Below are positions 61,588 through 64,000 of a stretch of 64,000 bases of DNA, in pieces. The position numbers and the translations under genes were made by a program. The stretch covers positions 12,842 through 76,841 of the forward strand of contig DAOQAT010000006.1 in NCBI GenBank assembly GCA_035354195.1. The letters run 5' to 3'. Position 1 is the first letter of the stretch, and every line of letters starts with the position of its first letter. Source of the DNA: Bacteroidales bacterium. Lineage in GTDB: Bacteria; Bacteroidota; Bacteroidia; Bacteroidales; CAIWKO01. The notes under the pieces were generated by a model. The model did not search any database and was not told where the DNA came from. It saw nothing but the letters and a program-made list of their open reading frames with translations.

Positions 61588-63945
61588 CTAAAATTCTATC
61601 CTATACGATGCCACCGGAATCAAAGGCAAATCCTGAATGTAATCAATCTCATTGGTGTATGGATTGAAGCGGATTCCGGCAATATTTTTCCGGTTCAGAA
61701 TATTTCCCAGCTCAAACGAGAATTCATGAGAACATTTTTTTGCATTCAGCCGGTAACGTAAGCGGAAATCAATTTTGAAAAAATCTTTGGTCTTTTTTGT
61801 AAAAGCCAAAGAGTCAATATACACAGCACGGTGCTGTATAGCTGATTGTTCCAAATCAATAGGAGTGTAGCGCTGCCCGCCGATCTCAACAAGCTTTAAA
61901 CTAAAACCGATGATGCTGTTTTTCTTCTTTCCGATCTTAAATTCTTTCCCGCCAAGCAAATTAAAAGCATAATTGCTGTTATACCTGGTGTTTCGTTTAA
62001 CACCGTTTGCATCAAAATATTTTGAGTCGTACACCGAAGCGGTGAACAAAATATAATACCCGTGGCTTAGGAATTTTTCGACCGTCAGTTCCGTACCATA
62101 GTTTCTCCCGCTTCCTTTATTGACAAGGATTTTGTTGGCAAAGGCATTATCGGAATTACTGAAATTCACCAATGATAAAACCGGATTGTCAGTCGCAACA
62201 GGTATTTGCCGTAAATCCTGATAATAGATTTCTAATTTAGATCGCCAGAATTCTGAGAACAACCAGTCATAGCTTAGAACAGCCTGATAACTTTTTGTGA
62301 AGTCAAGAGAACTATTCGGGTGAGTGATCTCGCTGCCGGAAAGAACCTCCGCATAATATATTTGCGAAGGTTGTGTCTGTCCGTGAATCCCGAAGCCCAG
62401 GGTTAATGCGTGCCGGTTGTTTATGGCCCATCGGAATGCAAGCCGCGGCTCAAAACTCAACCGGCCGTTGTTCAGCAGGTACAAAGCATGAAATCCCGGA
62501 GTTACAGAGAATTTTTCATTGATGGTATACTTGTACTGCATATACGCCTGTAAGAGATTGATGCTGCCCTTGTAATCATTGACGGTGTGTTTGGTTTGTC
62601 CGCCATTGTATGTATAATAATAGGAGTTGTCTGTAAAATTCTGATTTTTGAAAATGATACCGGTCCTGATGATGTGCCTGACATTTATTTTGCTGTTGAA
62701 CAACACCGACACGATATTATTTTGCTGGGTTGTTGACAACCTGTTCAGTTGATATACCTTGTAATCACTGCCTGTTGAATCTTCCTTATAATCGGGATTG
62801 AACCAGGACGAAGAAACAATGGTTTTAAAGTACGAACTTTTTCCTACGGGGCAGAACCATGTCAAGGCACTCACAGCGGTGCGCGAACCTGAAACATCAC
62901 CAAAACGGTCGCCATCATTAACCCATTCGCCTGAATCTTTGGGAGCTTTGTAAATGGCTTTGCTGATGCCGCCAACACCGAACAAGGAAATGTACCCTTT
63001 CTTCAACGGAAAATTCAGTTTAAACGAAAGGTCCTGAAAATCGGGTGATGCGTCAACAATTTTTATCCCGATCAATCGTAATAAAGCCACCGTAGAATAA
63101 CTGTACGAAGCCAGATAGGAAGCTTGTTTGCCTTTAACAAAAGGGCCTTCGGCGCCGACTTCCACGCCTCTTGCCCCGATCTGAGCGATGTATTCCCGCT
63201 TCTCATTATTTCCGTTCCGGAGTTTCAGGTCGAAGATGGCCGCCGTAGCATTGCCGTATTCCGGGGCAAAGGCGCCCGACAGGAAATCAGAATTGTCCAG
63301 AAGGTTGTTGTTGATCATGCTGATGGCGCCACCTGAGCTGCCAACTTCGGCAAAGTGGTTCGGGTTGGGAATTTCAACGCCGTCGAGCCTCCATAAAATT
63401 CCCATTGGAGAATTTCCCCGGACCACGATATCGTTGCGTTCGTCGGAAGCCACAGAAACACCTGCAAAATTTGAAGCCATGCGCGAAATATCGCCCCATG
63501 CGCCGGCATATTTGTTGGTTTCTTCCACAGAAAACTGCCGGGTGCTGATCACCGACATCTCATTGATGTTGTTTTGTTTCTCGTTTTTTGCGGAGATGAC
63601 CACTTCGTTGCTGGTATATATTTTTTCATGGAGCCCGATGTTTAAAACCATTTCATGTGCTGAGCTCACCTCAATATTGTTCAACACGTATTCATCATAA
63701 CCCAAAAAGGACACTTTCAGGCTTTGCCGGCCTATCGGAACATTTTCCAGGCGAAATTTTCCATTTAAATCTGTGGTGGCTCCTTTAATAGGGTTTGAGT
63801 TGACTAATATTACGTTTGCCCCGGGCAGCGGTGCTTTCGTTTCATTGTCGGTAACAGTTCCGCGTATGGTTTGAAATAAATTCTGGGAAAACCCTGAGCA
63901 CGAAAGAAATAATAACAGAAAAAGAAAAATTACACGGGTTTTCAT
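61588..63945 (-). CDS. TonB-dependent receptor with an N-terminal carboxypeptidase-regulatory-like domain
   Basis: ATG at 63945 gives MKTRVIFLFLLLFLSCSGFSQ. IRGTVTDNETKAPLPGANVILVNS...GKFRLENVPIGRQSLKVSFLGYDE. Plug motif IVVRGNSPMGILWRLDGVEIPNPNHF. Terminal ...ASYRIEF. Confidence 0.85.
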   Translation of the reverse strand: MKTRVIFLFLLLFLSCSGFSQNLFQTIRGTVTDNETKAPLPGANVILVNSNPIKGATTDLNGKFRLENVPIGRQSLKVSFLGYDEYVLNNIEVSSAHEMVLNIGLHEKIYTSNEVVISAKNEKQNNINEMSVISTRQFSVEETNKYAGAWGDISRMASNFAGVSVASDERNDIVVRGNSPMGILWRLDGVEIPNPNHFAEVGSSGGAISMINNNLLDNSDFLSGAFAPEYGNATAAIFDLKLRNGNNEKREYIAQIGARGVEVGAEGPFVKGKQASYLASYSYSTVALLRLIGIKIVDASPDFQDLSFKLNFPLKKGYISLFGVGGISKAIYKAPKDSGEWVNDGDRFGDVSGSRTAVSALTWFCPVGKSSYFKTIVSSSWFNPDYKEDSTGSDYKVYQLNRLSTTQQNNIVSVLFNSKINVRHIIRTGIIFKNQNFTDNSYYYTYNGGQTKHTVNDYKGSINLLQAYMQYKYTINEKFSVTPGFHALYLLNNGRLSFEPRLAFRWAINNRHALTLGFGIHGQTQPSQIYYAEVLSGSEITHPNSSLDFTKSYQAVLSYDWLFSEFWRSKLEIYYQDLRQIPVATDNPVLSLVNFSNSDNAFANKILVNKGSGRNYGTELTVEKFLSHGYYILFTASVYDSKYFDANGVKRNTRYNSNYAFNLLGGKEFKIGKKKNSIIGFSLKLVEIGGQRYTPIDLEQSAIQHRAVYIDSLAFTKKTKDFFKIDFRLRYRLNAKKCSHEFSFELGNILNRKNIAGIRFNPYTNEIDYIQDLPLIPVASYRIEF

Positions 63946-64000
63946 TGAAATAGTCAGGAATTTGCCAATCAAAGTTAATAAAAAACTACGATTTTTTAGC

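Overview
The window looks like a chromosomal segment of a Bacteroidota genome. Three things support that: many T9SS C-terminal sorting domains, PorP/SprF genes, and TAnnTTTG -7 promoter boxes just upstream of many start codons. I could support about 55 protein-coding genes.

Housekeeping genes: pcm, asnB, ligA, gmhA/gmhB, mnmA, fabG, cdaA, def, ruvX, dapD, yggS, an msrC-like GAF gene and a NUDIX CoA pyrophosphatase.

These are interleaved with envelope and accessory modules:
- 1-5.6 kb: two co-directional giant-adhesin genes. One is cut by the window edge. The other is 1276 aa with five exact 95-aa tandem modules and a T9SS type-B C-terminal domain.
- 20-25 kb: secreted S8 protease, a beta-helix/PKD protein and an M23/LysM peptidase.
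- 26-31 kb: a cobalamin riboswitch followed by a tightly packed four-gene operon. It encodes a BtuB-like receptor, two T9SS type-A cargo proteins and a beta-propeller lipoprotein.
- 32-37 kb: a GtrB/ArnC-like GT2 followed by two convergent, paralogous, GT-C-like polytopic membrane proteins.
- 41.6-44.4 kb: a minimal type-B T9SS cargo followed by two tandem PorP/SprF paralogs.
- 50-61.6 kb: a polysaccharide-type locus with GT2, an AsnB-like amidotransferase, a GNAT-like protein, a VIT-vWA-TonB_C fusion, an alpha-helical repeat protein, a four-helix-bundle (Avd/23S-IVS-like) protein and GT4.

The intergenic DNA of the last locus is almost entirely built from unusual repeats. These are 14-bp-period TTCNGAA arrays and a 66-78-bp composite repeat, both carrying the perfect palindrome TCCGCCGCGGCGGA (four copies). 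That repeat system is my top candidate for something undescribed. The T9SS-routed B12 operon and the GT2 plus double GT-C module come next.

I recognised no rRNA, tRNA, CRISPR array, transposase or integrase. All family names come from motifs read by eye. No database search or alignment statistics were run.
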